The notes under the pieces: generated by a model
What the model was told of the DNA's origin: nothing
The model's input: only the letters and a program-made list of their open reading frames with translations
The model's database searches: none
Shown: in pieces, positions 63,448 through 64,000 of the stretch
Numbering within the stretch: the first letter of the stretch is position 1
Layout of the letters: each line of letters opens with the position of its first letter
DNA from: the human T2T-CHM13v2.0 reference genome, Homo sapiens
DNA length: 64,000 nucleotides
NCBI RefSeq assembly: GCF_009914755.1
Contig: NC_060930.1
Reading direction: 5' to 3' (one strand)
Program-made: the position numbers and the translations under genes

Positions 63448-64000
63448 TTGTCACTGCCAATTTTAATCTTGGCATGTTTGTCCCATTGCTGTATTGCCAT
63501 GTGAAAAATTTTGCCAACAGCCAGGAGACCTCTGTTTCCTCTGTAAAGTTGAATCTTTCTTCCTTGTAATGACTTAATAGTGATTTCTATCAAGTGGAGA
63601 AGAAATCTTAAAACCGTACATACTGTTTTGGGCTCTCTGGTAGGTTTTAGGAGGGGAGCTCCCCAGGAGGTAAATGGGAATGCCATCCAGCTTTGGCAAA
63701 TTCTTATTGAAACTAATGAGTTTAATAGACTGACCTTATTACTCCTATTTACAACCTCATTACAAAATTATCTGCTCAATGTTTGCTAAATTCTTTATCG
63801 GTCTTGAGAAGCTAAGCCTCCTGTTTAGTTCCTGCTGCAGCCGTGACAATTGTCTCCCTTTCATATGAAAAGAGTAGCCTCAAAGGCCCCTGAGTAAGAA
63901 TAAGTAGTGGCTGTGGCAGTCTGTGGACATCAGGAATAATCTAGGGAACTTTGGCTTAAAGCATGTCAAGCTAAGAAGTGGTCTCCTATACCACGTGAAT

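Overview
Human (primate) genomic DNA, recognisable as the RNF8-CMTR1 locus (6p21.2 from memory). Both genes lie on the + strand. Positions 1-~18.3 kb hold the 3' part of RNF8: a 108-nt coding exon, the 205-nt RING exon, and a terminal exon with only 17 coding nt plus a ~4-kb 3'UTR. A ~38-kb intergenic stretch follows, made almost entirely of nested transposon fossils: L2, old L1, a split hAT/Charlie transposase, solo LTRs and dozens of Alus. The CMTR1 CpG-island promoter, non-coding exon 1 and first coding exon lie at ~56.5-59.3 kb. Nearly all ORFs in the supplied track are Alu, L1 or microsatellite artefacts. I found no convincing new gene or system. The best leads are: frame-compatible RNF8->CMTR1 read-through junctions; an Alu-bracketed RING exon whose skipping switches the reading frame of the last exon; an ISRE/EICE/CRE set at the CMTR1 start; a candidate poison exon; and a 27-bp palindrome containing a steroid-response element in CMTR1 intron 2. 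Repeat subfamily names come from recalled consensus sequences, and repeat boundaries are approximate.
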